NCBI GenBank assembly: GCA_964016885.1
Contig: OZ024740.1
Span: forward strand, 227,726,001-227,790,000
Length of the DNA stretch: 64,000 nucleotides
Reading direction: 5' to 3'
From: Eledone cirrhosa
Lineage: Eukaryota
This document shows positions 39,614 through 53,870 of this stretch, piece by piece (the stretch's first letter is position 1; each line of letters begins with the position of its first letter). Made by a program: the position numbers and the translations under genes. The notes under the pieces are model-generated. The model saw only the letters and a list, made by a program, of their open reading frames with translations. It ran no database searches and had not been told where the DNA came from.

Positions 39614-40664
39614 TTATACATACACATACAACTGTAAATATACAAATAAGATCAAAACTAGAAAATGGAGATTTGCAAACTTATTTTATAAAATTAAACT
39701 TACTGGAATATCATTCATACGTCCTTTCCCAACAAAAGACAGCTTGCTATCTGGCAAGCATAAGGAATAAAAAACAATAATAAAGAAAGAGTTAACAAAA
39801 GAAAAAAAGAAGAAAGGAAAGACAGAAAGATAAGAATCCTGGTCATTTGGTTAAACACACACCACCATCCTCTAATTCATAGCCTAATCAAAAAGTACAA
39901 AGGGACGATGGGTTTTCACACAATTTCTGTCAACCAAATTTGATGCATAAGACATTGGTCAACTCGAGGCTATTGTACAAGACACTTCTCCAAGATGCCA
40001 CACAATGAGATTGAACCCTAAGGCATGTGGTTGCAAAACTAACTTCTTACCCACACAGCCATGTTTCACTAGAAATAGGGTCTCTCTGGTTCAATATCTT
40101 GTCGCAAGCCCAAACTGCATGACACTGAAGGTAATTCTGTTCTGTATTAACTTTACTAAAATGTCCTCCATTGCTTGCTACTTTTATGACATGGTCCATT
40201 AGTTTTGAGACCTCTGTAATAACCTCTGTCAAGTATATCTCCTTTGTCCTTTTAGCAATTAACAAAGATACTGCTATACCTGTCAGAAATAACACCTTCC
40301 TGATTACCTAAGTGAGTAAGTAGCATGTGACCTACATAGTCTGATGCCAAAATTTCAGCAATTATCTTTTAAGCTGCTGCCTTTCCTGCTTTTATCTCCT
40401 TAATAGCATTTTCTTACTTTATTTCTGTTGAAATACACTGCCTGTGATTTTCAAATAATTAAGAATTTGGAGAAAGATTTAGTAATATATCGAATTTTCT
40501 CATTATTAAACTGGTGTTTGAATCATAACTTTATGGTTCTTACATAAAATGATTTTAAATACAAAGTATTTAAATAAATATGAAACTTTAAAATAAACAG
40601 TTTTACATTGTTGAAATAGAGCCAGTTTCAAGCAGTTTGGTATAAAAAATATATATATATATAT

Positions 40665-40978
40665 ATGAGGTCGCTAATTATCAGTCTATGTTGGGAGGTG
40701 CATTCTTCATGGGGGAGGGATTTAGTGTTTACAACAGACACTCTGTCACGTCTTCTGGTAAGGATATAATCTACCTGGCTTGTGTGTTCCCCGGATCTAT
40801 AGGTGATCAGGTGATTGTCACGTTTTTTGAAGTTAGTGTTACAGATAGTTAGGTTATTTGCATCACAGAATTCCAGGATTCTGGAGCCTTCCTCATTTCT
40901 AGTACCAAACCCATAGCCTCCATGGATTTCGTCGTAGCCGTCACAATGTTGTCCAACGTGTCCATTTAGGTCACCTGC
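40665..40978 (-). pseudogene. RTE LINE apurinic-like endonuclease (APE) fragment, inverted
   Basis: AGDLNGHVG..GGYGFGTRNEEGSRILEFCDANNLTICNTNFKKRDNHLITYRSGEHTSQVDYIL..(frameshift)..ECTSQHRLIISDL carries the GDxN, TY, DY and SxH motifs of APE domains. Confidence 0.85.
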
Positions 40979-42062
40979 AAAAGATGTAGTGGGATCACAG
41001 GTAAGCTAACTAAGAACATAGATTTTACATGTGGCCGGTGTTCTGGTGCAATAAGTAGCAGCAAGTGCCCACACAATACTAGCTCTTTCAATTGCGCAGA
41101 GGGTTCTATAGAAATAGTGGACAGCTTCCGTTACCTGGGCGATAAAATCAGCAGTGGGGGAGGGTGCTCTGAAAGTACTGTAGCTAGAGTCAGAACTGGT
41201 TGGAAAAAGTTCAGAGAGCTTATACCACTATTAGCTGCTAAAGGGTTCTCCCTAAAAATGAAAGGCAGGTTGTACGATGCCTTCATACGAACAGCAATGT
41301 TGCATGGCAGTGAGACCTGGGCATTGTGTGCAGAGGATATACGCAGACTAGAGAGGAACGAAGCTTGCATGCTCCGCTGGATGTGTAACAGTAATATACG
41401 TGAACGGCAAAGCATAAACGAACTAAGGAAAAAGTTAGAGATAAGAGGGATCAGATGTTGTTTACTCGAGAGAAGGCTACGTTGGTATGGACACGTGATG
41501 CGCATGAAAGTCGATAGCTGTATAACAAAGTGCAGGGCAATAAAGATAGACGGTAGCCACGGAATAGGCAGACCTAGAAAAACCTGGGACGAGCTGATAA
41601 ACTCCGACCTCACACACTTACACCTCTCCAAGACAATGTCACTGGACCGAGACCTTTGGCGGTACTCAGTAACAGAGAAGACCCGCCTTGCCAGTAGGCA
41701 TCTCTAACAAAATACACCCCGTCCCGCCACCACCCCCACCCCATCCACACCACCCCGTTCTATGTAAAGTTATGTTGGTGCCGCGCCATCCAGGCCGAAA
41801 CAAATGAGATCGTGTAGGTGTCACGACAAAAAAACACACAGTCCACGCTGTAATGTGGCCGTGTAGGCAACACGGTAAAAACCTCCCAGACCCACACTGT
41901 AAATGTGGTTGGTGTTAGGAAGGGCATCCAACTGTAGAAAACCTGCCAGACAGTCCTATGCGAGCAAGACAATCACTCTTGCCTCAAGTGGGACTACCCC
42001 CGTCCAAACCCATGCAAGCGTGGAACACGGACGTTAAACGTTGATGATGATGATGATGATGA
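40979..42062 (+). mobile_element. 5'-truncated RTE LINE (subfamily 1): ORF2 C-terminus, 3' UTR and (GAT)n tail
   Basis: ORF 41117-41707 DSFRYLG...AMLHGSETWAL...RRLRWYGHVMR...GRPRKTW; half of the Cys finger (KRCSG..FTCGRC) at the start. Confidence 0.9.
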
Positions 42063-42069
42063 TATATAT

Positions 42070-42633
42070 ACAAATGCTGTGTGCAGGAGAGGCGGTTGCG
42101 TTGGTATGGACATGTGATGCGTATGAAGGATGACAGCTGCATAAAATGGTGCAGAGCACTAGCAGTCGATGAAAACCGCGGAGTGGTGAGACCCAAGAAG
42201 ACCTGGGATGAGATGATAAAAGCCGACCTTACCCAATTACACCTCTCAAAGGCGATGACACACAACCATGACCTCTGGCGTCACGCAGTAATACAGAAGA
42301 CCCAAACCCCCACAGGTACAAGCCGAATCTGAAGCATAGAGACAATATGCCCCCACACCCTCCCACTGCAAAGTGGTCATGGAGGCAAAAAAGCACCCAG
42401 CCCACACTGAAAAGTGGATGTGTAGGCACCTTGGAAAAAAAAGCACCCAGCACTCACTGTAAATGAGGTTGGTGTTAGGAAGGACATCCAGCTGTAGAAA
42501 TCAAGCCAGAATCAGTTCCCGTATGAGCAAGACAAGGTCAGCCGACCGGACACTGCCCACAACAGGACAACCCGTCTAACCCATGCTAGCGTGGAAGAAC
42601 GGACGTAAAACGGTGATGATGATGATGATGATG
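42070..42633 (+). mobile_element. 5'-truncated RTE LINE (subfamily 2)
   Basis: QERRLRWYGHVMR..RPKKTW; closely matches 61430-61985. Confidence 0.88.
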
Positions 42634-42769
42634 ATATTTTGAGAATAATAAAAGAAGTTTCTAGGAAGTAAGAATAAACTAATTTTTCTATTACTAAGCT
42701 GCTGTTTGGAACAGCACTGATCAAAATATTCTTATCTAAAATGATGATGAAAGATTTTAATATAAGTTA

Positions 42770-43100
42770 TAGGCCCGCTTTGATCGCGAATGACTATAGT
42801 TTTTGCACCTAGAAAGTTTCCTCCAAGGCACAAGCCGGGGAAAGGTGTGTTTGTGGAAGACTAGCAGTCGCCCATGCAAGCCAATCTCCCCTCTCGACGC
42901 CACCGATGTTGTCCAAGAGAAAGGCCGATACAGCTTGGCACCAGTGATGTCGCAATTAATTTCTACAGCTGAGTGAACTGGAGCAACGTGAAATAAAGTG
43001 TTTTGCCAAAGAACATAATGCACCATCCATTCCGGGATTCAAACTCACAACCTTACAATTGTGAGCCCAACGCTCTAACCACTAAGCCATGGACATTCAC
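42770..43100 (-). mobile_element. tRNA/CORE-like SINE with a distinct tail (TTGCACCTAGAAAGTT type)
   Basis: Homologous to 54520-54818. Confidence 0.7.
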
Positions 43101-43189
43101 ACAAATATAAGTATGAACACTTTAAAACAGGTATTTTTGTATCACAGAACCAGAGTCAGTTTCAGGCAGGTTACTATCAAAAGAGTTCT

Positions 43190-43600
43190 TCATCGCCCAC
43201 TTAATCCTGTCAGAAACAAATGTTTCCAATTGATCCAGCTGGATCCCTAAGTGAGTTCATCCGAGCTAATGGATGCTATCCAACCATCTTGCTCAGGGTA
43301 TATCCCTAACCAGGGTCTCCTGCCAGTTGGTTTTGCCCATAAAATCTGTCCAGTGATTCTGTCCTGAGACATTCTAGCCACATGCCTGTAATATCAGAAC
43401 TGTGATCTCTCAATTCAGAGTAGTAGCAGCTCAACCTATATTGACATGCACAGCCGGGTTGGAAGAGGTATCACAACTGGTGGGTATCAAAAGATTTAAT
43501 AGACTTAATAGCCATATAGAGCTAACCTCCGATAGCTGGTTTCTTCCTCTCTTGGTTCTCTGTGTGAGAGAAGTTTCTCACTATTATCCTCATATCCTTT
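43190..43600 (-). pseudogene. Decayed ORF2 C-terminus of a different RTE-clade LINE
   Basis: Minus strand IERSQF*YYRHVARMSQDRITGQILWAKPTGRRP resembles the ..RWxGHVxRM..GxRPxGRP motif of RTE elements. Confidence 0.55.
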
Positions 43601-44204
43601 AATCAACAACATCTAATAGTCACATATGACATTTTCTTACTATATAAATCAATATAAATAGCATGTATCACAATTTGCAGGTTTTCAGCAAACCAATCAC
43701 TGGTACATTGCATTTCTGGTGGCATGATTGACAAGTGATTATCTGCAATTTGGTGCAAAGGAGTTCATTCAAAGAACATTGATTTTATGGAGATGTTTAA
43801 TCCATCAGCAAAAATATACACATACATATATACATAAAAGGCTTCTGCACAGCTTCTGTCAACCAAATTACACTCAAAATATCAAAAAGCCAAAGAAATG
43901 TGACAGCCACCACTAACACCATCCACCCTCTTCCCCCTATAGAATTAATCAACCTCCTCTGTAATAGGCTTCTGTACAGCTTCTGTCCACCAAATTCCAC
44001 TCAAAATATCAAAAAGTTAAGAAATGCTACTGCCACCACTATTACCCTCACCCCGAGAACAGATCAAACAATTTCATCCAATTGAACACATAAAATAGCA
44101 AATTACTTCTAGAATATATGAAGTCAAATATTATAGAAATAAGTCAGTAAATAAATTAAAGAAAATAAAAATGTTATGTTTATATAAGATGCATGTGTAT
44201 GTAT

Positions 44205-44503
44205 GTATGGTCCTGTAACTCCTGATAGAGTCGTAGGGGCACTGCCATATTGACATACGGCATTCTTGTGCATTTTAAGCCTGGCAGAGCCTAGCCCTCT
44301 CCAGGCCTGAGTACAGCAGATTTCTTCCAGAGAGGGGAAGAATCGACTCCAGTACTAGACTGGTACTTTTTTTTTTATCGACCTTGAAAGGATGAAAGGC
44401 AAAGTTAACCTCAGTGGTATCTGAACTCAGAGAGCAGAGAGCCAGAACGAATACCATAAAGTATTCTATCCGACATTCTAACGACTTTGCCAATTCGCCA
44501 CCT
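44205..44503 (-). mobile_element. tRNA-SINE, alternative-tail subfamily with (ATAC)n end
   Basis: Head GGTGGCGAATTGGCAAAGTCG, shared core, tail GAGTTACAGGACCATAC(ATAC)n. Confidence 0.75.
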
Positions 44504-44527
44504 ATATAAGATACTAATTGATAATTC

Positions 44528-44712
44528 CTGTATATACTTGAATATAAGCCGAGGAATATGTGGCCCAAAAATCAATGGTAAAATGGAGAGGATCAGCTTA
44601 TATATGCCATCTAACAATGTGTTCATTAGCTGCTTGGTTTACAAATGGAGTTTGAATTTTTTTTCATTTCTCAAACAAAATAGAGTGTTGGCTAAAGTTT
44701 GAGTATATACAG
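44528..44712. mobile_element. Tc2/pogo-like MITE
   Basis: Imperfect TIRs CTGTATATACTTGAATATAAGCCGA and TTGGCTAAAGTTTGAGTATATACAG, with TA at the right end. Confidence 0.6.
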
Positions 44713-44839
44713 TAAATTTTTTAAAAATCATTTTAAGCTTTTGCTTTCTTCCGTATCCTCTGCAATATTTTACAATTGTTATTAGTGTCTATAGTGATGG
44801 TGTTGGTGATGATGTAGTACTGTCAGAGAAAGAGTTCAT

Positions 44840-45795
44840 TATCATCATTACTATTGTTTAACATCCATTTTCCACACTAGCATGAGTTAGACAGGTTGTC
44901 CTGTTGACAACTAACTACCAAGTGCTTGAAGGCGACAGAACCTGTGAAAGAGGAAGAAGAAAGAAGACATGGGACAATGAAGTATTGAAGAATGACCTCA
45001 AGAAACTAAACAGCATAGTGGAGATGAAACAGGATTGTGTTGGTTGACTCATGAGTTGCCATGCAAAAGGAGACTTGCCCACTAATACTAGTAAGGTGAA
45101 AAGTCTGTCCCAAGTCGGGAGGCTCGTCAGGCCGGTGCTTTTGTAGTGCGAAGCGAGTACAAGACTCCCCACTGGACAGGATGCCAGTCTATCACAGGCT
45201 TAAACCCCCAGCTATTACTGGTACTTTTTTTCAGCTGAGTATACTGGAGCAACCTGAAATGAAGTGTTTTGCTCAAGAACATAGCACACAACCCATCCCA
45301 AAAATCAAACCCAAGTCCAGCACCCTTAACACTAGGTCATATGCCTTCACTGTGAAACTAAATGTAAATGTGATGAGAGATTGACAACTGTATGGAATGG
45401 ACTGAAGTGGAGAGACCCCTTTTTAGCATGTAGTGGGTGAAACAACTTCTCTAGTGTTGCTGTGCTGTCATAATGGAATGTGTTAAAGTTGAATGGACTG
45501 AGACAAAATAGACTAGAGAGGACCCCTTTGACATTGTGAAGGACTTGACAAGCTCTCTAGTTTTGGTGCCATGACAAAATGCACCCAGTACACTCTAAAA
45601 GGTAGCAGTGCTGGTGCATTTGTAAAATACACCCAGTACACACTCTAAAGTGGTTAGCATTAGAAAGAGCATCCAGCTGCAGAAACCATGCCAAATATGG
45701 AACATAAGAAAAGGCATGGACTCCAATCTAGTCTCAGAATATGGCCTCTCCAAGCCATATCAGCTTAGAAAGAGGTAAAACGATGGTAATGATGA
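44840..45795. mobile_element. Nest of old RTE 3' fragments and a CORE-like SINE
   Basis: RGRRKKTWD-like peptide at about 44950; SINE at 45150-45350; degraded RTE 3' UTR at 45560-45795. Confidence 0.55.
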
Positions 45796-46480
45796 TATAT
45801 ATATATATGTCATTACCACAACAGAGGTCCCATGAGCTTGTGATCCAGTCAGGCTAGATCGATACAGATAGAACCTTGAGCTGATCAATAGCGAAACGCA
45901 TGTCACTACTCATAAGCATAATGAAGACATAAAAAGTCACCTTTTTTATCATAAAGTACCAGTAATGCATTGGGTAATTGCTGGCCTTGTGCCAAAAGTA
46001 GAAACAATTATTATTATTATTATTATTACACTTTGCTTAGTTCTACACCTTTATACTTACTGGAAACTACACATCGAGTGCTCACTTTGGTCAGCCTACA
46101 GTAACTGGATGTTACAATCCCTATATATATATGGCTATACTGTGAGATGGGTTAGGCTTCTCATATCAGTGGCATCCAGAACCAAGCTCCAAAACTATGG
46201 TTCCACTGCGTGATGAGTTGGGCTCCGAAAACATAGTTCCATCGTGAGACGGGTTCGGTACAGCCAACTGGCCTGTCCTTCCTCATAACGGAGCCATCCA
46301 GGTTCACACTGTAAACGTGGTTGGTGTTAGGAAGGACATCCAGTTGTAAAATACCCAGCCAAATTTACAGTCCTCTCTGGAGCAATGTGCGACACATGGC
46401 CAACTTTGGCCAGACTTGCCTCCCAGCATGGGCAACCCATCTAACACATGCAAGCATGGAAGAATTGACATTTAACGGAA

Positions 46481-46515
<35 letters not shown>

Positions 46516-47391
46516 AAATAAACACACACACACTCACAAAGCTCTACATATTGAGTACTTTTTTTATTGATTGTAGGTAACTTTGATTTTGGTAACTGTT
46601 ACTTTCAACTGTGTGTGAGTGTGTGTGTGTTGACAAATGGAATACAAAAAGAAGCACTCAATACTAGCAGGGTAGAGTAAAGGTACTATATTGATTGTCA
46701 TGAGATGTGACATAGTCAATTAATTTATGTGTGTATGTTATTGGTATTGTTGCTAGAAGCATCCAAACAGCATGATAGAACTTTTTCTAAGATAAAGACA
46801 AAAGACCACCACCACCATCACCATCAGCACCACCTACTCCACCCCTACCTCCTCTATTACAACCACCTCCACCTCTATCACCATAACCACAAACACCTCC
46901 ACGATCACCACCATCACTATCACCACCCACCCACCCCATTACCGCCACCTCAACTATCATCACTGCCACTTCCACTACTCTCCCTCCACCTCCTCCTTCT
47001 TCCCTGATTGAAGGATATCATTAAAAGCTTTCTTGGAGAAAAGAAAGTGAACTAGGTCAGAATAAGATTAAAAGTACAGACAGAGTACAAGCAGTATAGA
47101 AGGAGAAGCAACATGGAGAGGCGAAGAGGTGAGACTGAAGGAGAGCAGAATACTGGAAGAGGGGTGGAGAGAGAACAGCGAAATTAAAAGGTGCCTACTC
47201 TCTTAAAAGGAAATACAAGGCTGACTAATATTTCTGGCAGACTTCTTTTTCCTTTTTCTTTCTTTTTTATTTATTCTGTATTTCCTTTATTTATATTTTA
47301 TTTATTTTTACACAACATAAGCTGGATTTCCAGATCCACATATATATATATAATATTAGGCTTTCATCTAATAATCTAGACATACACATAC

Positions 47392-47424
<33 letters not shown>

Positions 47425-47739
47425 TACACACAAACATATACACACACACATATACACACATATATATATATATACACATACACATACATACATACATATC
47501 GTTTTTACATCCATTTTTTCACCAACACACACACATATATAATGTGATACGGATTGATGTAATAAAAAGGTGAGGGGGGAGAGGGTAGCTAAATCATCAG
47601 AAAGCTAAATTATAGTGCATATTTATTATAAGAAAATTGGTCCATTTAATATGCCCTAGGTATATTAATAATGCGTTAAAAGTTAATGACAAATGCAGAG
47701 AATCAAATGTTAATATTAGGCTTTCATGTTATAATCAAG

Positions 47740-47745
47740 ACACAC

Positions 47746-47777
<32 letters not shown>

Positions 47778-48513
47778 ATATATACATACATATATATATA
47801 TATATATATACATACATATATACATACATATATATATATATATATACATACATATATATATATATATATATACATACATATATACATACATATATACATA
47901 CATATATATATATATATATATACATACATATATACATACATATATACATACATATACATACATATATATATACATATATATATATATACATACATATACA
48001 TATATATATATACATACATATACATATATATATACATACATATATATATATATACATATATACATACATATACATACATATATATATACATACATATATA
48101 TATATATATATACATACATATACATACATATATATATATATACATACATACATATACATACATATATATATATATACATACATACATATACATACATATA
48201 TATATATATACATACATACATATACATACATATATATATATATACATACATACATATACATACATATATATATATATACATACATACATATACATACATA
48301 TATATATATATACATATATATATATACATACATATATATATATATACATATATATATACATATATATATATACATATACATATATATATACATATATATA
48401 TATACATACATATATATATATATACATACATATATATATATATACATACATATATATATATATATACATACATATATATATATATACATACATATATATA
48501 TATATACACATAC

Positions 48514-48562
<49 letters not shown>

Positions 48563-48599
48563 CACATACATATATATATACATATATATATACACATAC

Positions 48600-48630
<31 letters not shown>

Positions 48631-48647
48631 CATATATATACACATAC

Positions 48648-48678
<31 letters not shown>

Positions 48679-49324
48679 CATACATATATATATATATACA
48701 TACATACATATATATATACATACATATATATATATACATACATATATATATATATACATACATACATATATATATATACATACATATACATACTTATATA
48801 TATACATACATACATATATATATACATACATACATATATACATACATACATATATATATACATACATATACATACTTATATATATACATACATACATATA
48901 TATATATATACATACATATACATACTTATATATATACATACATACATATATATATACATACATATACATACATATATATATATATACATACATATACATA
49001 CTTATATATATACATACATACATATATATATACATACATATACATACTTATATATATACATACATACATATATATATACATACATATACATACTTATATA
49101 TATACATACATACATATATATATACATACATATACATACATATACATACTTATATATATACATACATACATATACATACTTATATATATACATACATACT
49201 TATATATATACATACATACATATACATACTTATATATATACATACATACATATATATATACATACATATACATACTTATATATATACATACATACATATA
49301 TATATATACATACATATACATACT

Positions 49325-49356
<32 letters not shown>

Positions 49357-49436
49357 CATACATACATATATATATATACATACATACATATATATATATA
49401 CATATACATACATATATATATATACATATACATACT

Positions 49437-49472
<36 letters not shown>

Positions 49473-49528
49473 CATACATATATATATATATATACATACA
49501 TACATATATATATATACACATACATACT

Positions 49529-49560
<32 letters not shown>

Positions 49561-50086
49561 CATACATATACATACTTATATATATATACATACATATATA
49601 TATATATATACATACATATACATACTTATATATATACATACATATATATATATATATACATACATATATATATATATATACATACATATATATATATATA
49701 TACATACATATATATATACATACATATACATACTTATATATATACATATATATATATACATACATATACATACTTATATATATACATACATATACATACT
49801 TATATATATACATACATACATATATATATATACATACATACATATATATATATACATACATATATATATATACATACATATATATATATACTTATATATA
49901 TACATACATACATATATATATATACATACATATATATATATACTTACATATATACATACATACATATATATATATACATATATATACTTATATATATACA
50001 TACATATATATATATACATATATATACTTATATATATACATACATATATATATATACATATATACATACATATATATACATATACA

Positions 50087-50118
<32 letters not shown>

Positions 50119-50184
50119 CATACATACATACATATATATATACATACATATATATATATATATATATACATATATACATACATA

Positions 50185-50216
<32 letters not shown>

Positions 50217-50623
50217 CATACATACATACATATATATATACATACATATATATATATATATATACATACATATACATACATATATATATATATACATACA
50301 TACATATACATACATATATATATATATACATACATACATATACATACATATATATATATATACATACATACATATACATACATATATATATATATACATA
50401 CATACATATACATACATATATATATATATACATACATACATATACATACATATATATATATATACATATATATATACATATATATATATACATATATATA
50501 TACATATATATATATACATACATATATATATATATACATACATATATATATATATACATACATATATATATATATACATACATATATATATATATACATA
50601 CATATATATATATATACACATAC

Positions 50624-50670
<47 letters not shown>

Positions 50671-50707
50671 CACATACATATATATATACATATATATATA
50701 CACATAC

Positions 50708-50738
<31 letters not shown>

Positions 50739-50755
50739 CATATATATACACATAC

Positions 50756-50786
<31 letters not shown>

Positions 50787-51388
50787 CATACATATATATA
50801 TATATACATACATACATATATATATACATACATATATATATATATACATACATATATATATATATACATACATACATATATATATATACATACATATACA
50901 TACTTATATATATACATACATACATATATATATACATACATACATATATACATACATACATATATATATACATACATATACATACTTATATATATACATA
51001 CATACATATATATATATATACATACATATACATACTTATATATATACATACATACATATATATATACATACATATACATACATATATATATATATACATA
51101 CATATACATACTTATATATATACATACATACATATATATATACATACATATACATACTTATATATATACATACATACATATATATATACATACATATACA
51201 TACATATACATACTTATATATATACATACATACATATACATACTTATATATATACATACATACTTATATATATACATACATACATATACATACTTATATA
51301 TATACATACATACATATATATATACATACATATACATACTTATATATATACATACATACATATATATATATACATACATATACATACT

Positions 51389-51420
<32 letters not shown>

Positions 51421-51495
51421 CATACATACATATATATATATACATACATACATATATATATATACATATACATACATATATATATATACATATAC

Positions 51496-51528
<33 letters not shown>

Positions 51529-51584
51529 CATACATATATATATATATATACATACATACATATATATATATACACATACATACT

Positions 51585-51616
<32 letters not shown>

Positions 51617-52148
51617 CATACATATACATACTTATATATATATACATACATATATATATATATATACATACATATACATACTTATATATATACATACATA
51701 TATATATATATATACATACATATATATATATATATACATACATATATATATACATACATATACATACTTATATATATACATATACATATATATATATACA
51801 TACATATACATACTTATATATATACATACATATACATACTTATATATATACATACATACATATATATATATACATACATACATATATATATATACATACA
51901 TATATATATATACATACATATATATATATACATACATATATATATATACTTATATATATACATACATACATATATATATATACATACATATATATATATA
52001 CTTATATATATACATACATACATATATATATATACATATATATACTTATATATATACATACATATATATATATACATATATATACTTATATATATACATA
52101 CATATATATATATACATATATACATACATATATATACATATACATACA

Positions 52149-52180
<32 letters not shown>

Positions 52181-52181
52181 C

Positions 52182-52212
<31 letters not shown>

Positions 52213-52255
52213 CATACATACATACATATAAATATATAAATACATATACATACAT
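47740..52255. repeat. 4.5-kb compound (TA)n/(TACA)n microsatellite array
   Basis: Only TA, CA and rare CTTA variants; source of the 1543-aa and 1517-aa pseudo-ORFs. Confidence 0.97.
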
Positions 52256-52514
52256 TAAGGTGTCTTAGTTTTATTGAAATTTGCTGAAATTTTGTGAATA
52301 GGCATGATATCTTGTCATTTAGCTATGGTTTAAATTGCATATAAATCGAAGGGAAAACATTTTCGGCAGGGGTTTGTGCCTCCGGGGAACGCTAATAGGG
52401 GGTTTAACCCCCATTAGGGTGTCTTAATATTATTGAAGTTTGCTGAAATTTTGTGAATAGGCATCAATCATATCTTGTCATATGGTTTGGGGAACCCTTT
52501 GATTAAAATGAAAT

Positions 52515-53435
52515 ATACTGAAAGTACAGTAGCTAGAGTCAGAACTGGTTGGAAAAAGTTCAGAGAGCTTATACCACTATTAGCTGCTAAAGGGTTCTCC
52601 CTAAAAATGAAAGGCAGGTTGTACGATGCCTGCATACGAACAGCAATGTTGCATGGCAGTGAGACCTGGGCATTGTGTGCAGAGGATATACGCAGACTGG
52701 AGAGAAATGAAGCTTGCATGCTCCGCTGGATGTGTAACAGTAATATACGTGAACGGCAAAGCATAAACGAACTAAGGAAAAAATTAGAAATAAGAGGGAT
52801 CAGATGTTGTTTACTCGAGAGAAGGCTACGTTGGTATGGACACGTGATGCGCATGAAAGTCGATAGCTGTATAACAAAGTGCAGGGCAATAAAGATAGAC
52901 GGTAGCCACGGAATAGGCAGACCTAGAAAAACCTGGGACGAGCTGATAAACTCCGACCTCACACACTTACACCTCACCAAGACAATGTCACTGGACCGAG
53001 ACCTTTGGCGGTACTCAGTAACAGAGAAGACCCGCCTTACCTAAATACATAGCAAAACCTACTACAGCCAGTAGGCATCTCTAACAAAATACACCCCGTC
53101 CCACCCCCACCACCCCCACACCACCCCATTCTATGTAAAGTTATGTTGGTGCCGCGCCATCCAGGCCGAAACAAATGAGATCGTGTAGGTGTCACGACAA
53201 AAAAACACACAGTCCACGCTGTAATGTGGCCATGTAGGCAACACGGTAAAAACCTCCCAGACCCACACTGTAAATGTGGTTGGTGTTAGGAAGGGCATCC
53301 AACTGTAGAAAACCTGCCAGATAGTCCTATGCGAGCAAGACAATCACTCTTGCCTCAAATGGGACTACCCCCGTCCAAACCCATGCAAGCGTGGAACACG
53401 GACGTTAAACGTTGATGATGATGATGATGATGATA
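52515..53435 (+). mobile_element. 5'-truncated RTE LINE (subfamily 1)
   Basis: Near-identical to 41170-42062; ORF 52475-53044; (GAT)n tail. Confidence 0.9.
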
Positions 53436-53614
53436 CTTATCCAAGTACCCTGGGCAATGTAGTTTCAGAATATATATGGTTATGGGGGGGGCGGGTCTAT
53501 CTCCAAAACCATAAGAGTAGTTTGTGAACAAACAAACAGACAGGAATACAACTTTATTTATATATATATTAAAATAGGAATATTAATAAAATAGATGTTC
53601 TTTTGATCAATTAA

Positions 53615-53667
53615 ATTTTATTATACATATTTCAGAGGTACAGCAGTACGTCCTCATCAGACAAAAT
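53615..53667 (-). ncRNA. Minimal type I hammerhead ribozyme (inverted copy)
   Basis: Reverse complement of 53818-53870. Confidence 0.68.
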
Positions 53668-53817
53668 ATAATGATACATGACATACCCTGAGATGTTAAA
53701 TGGTTAAGATTTAATCAAGGTACTACCTGAGACGTTAAATGGTTAAGATTTAATCAAGGTACTACCTTGATTAAATCTTAACCATTTAACATCTCAGGGT
53801 ATGTCATGTATCATTAT

Positions 53818-53870
53818 ATTTTGTCTGATGAGGACGTACTGCTGTACCTCTGAAATATGTATAATAAAAT
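53818..53870 (+). ncRNA. Minimal type I hammerhead ribozyme
   Basis: ATTTTGT-CTGATGA-GGACGTAC-TGCT-GTACCTCT-GAAA-TATGTA-TA|ATAAAAT: intact core, 7-bp stem I, stem II with one mismatch, short self-complementary stem III; predicted cleavage after 53863. Confidence 0.7.

Noticed and set aside
46730-47007. Second His/Pro-rich ORF
   Set aside because: Degenerate (CAC)n repeat without clear splice signals, unlike 38-328.
47637-52268. 1543-aa and 1517-aa Y/I/H/T ORFs and many reverse ORFs
   Set aside because: Artefacts of the stop-free TA/CA microsatellite.
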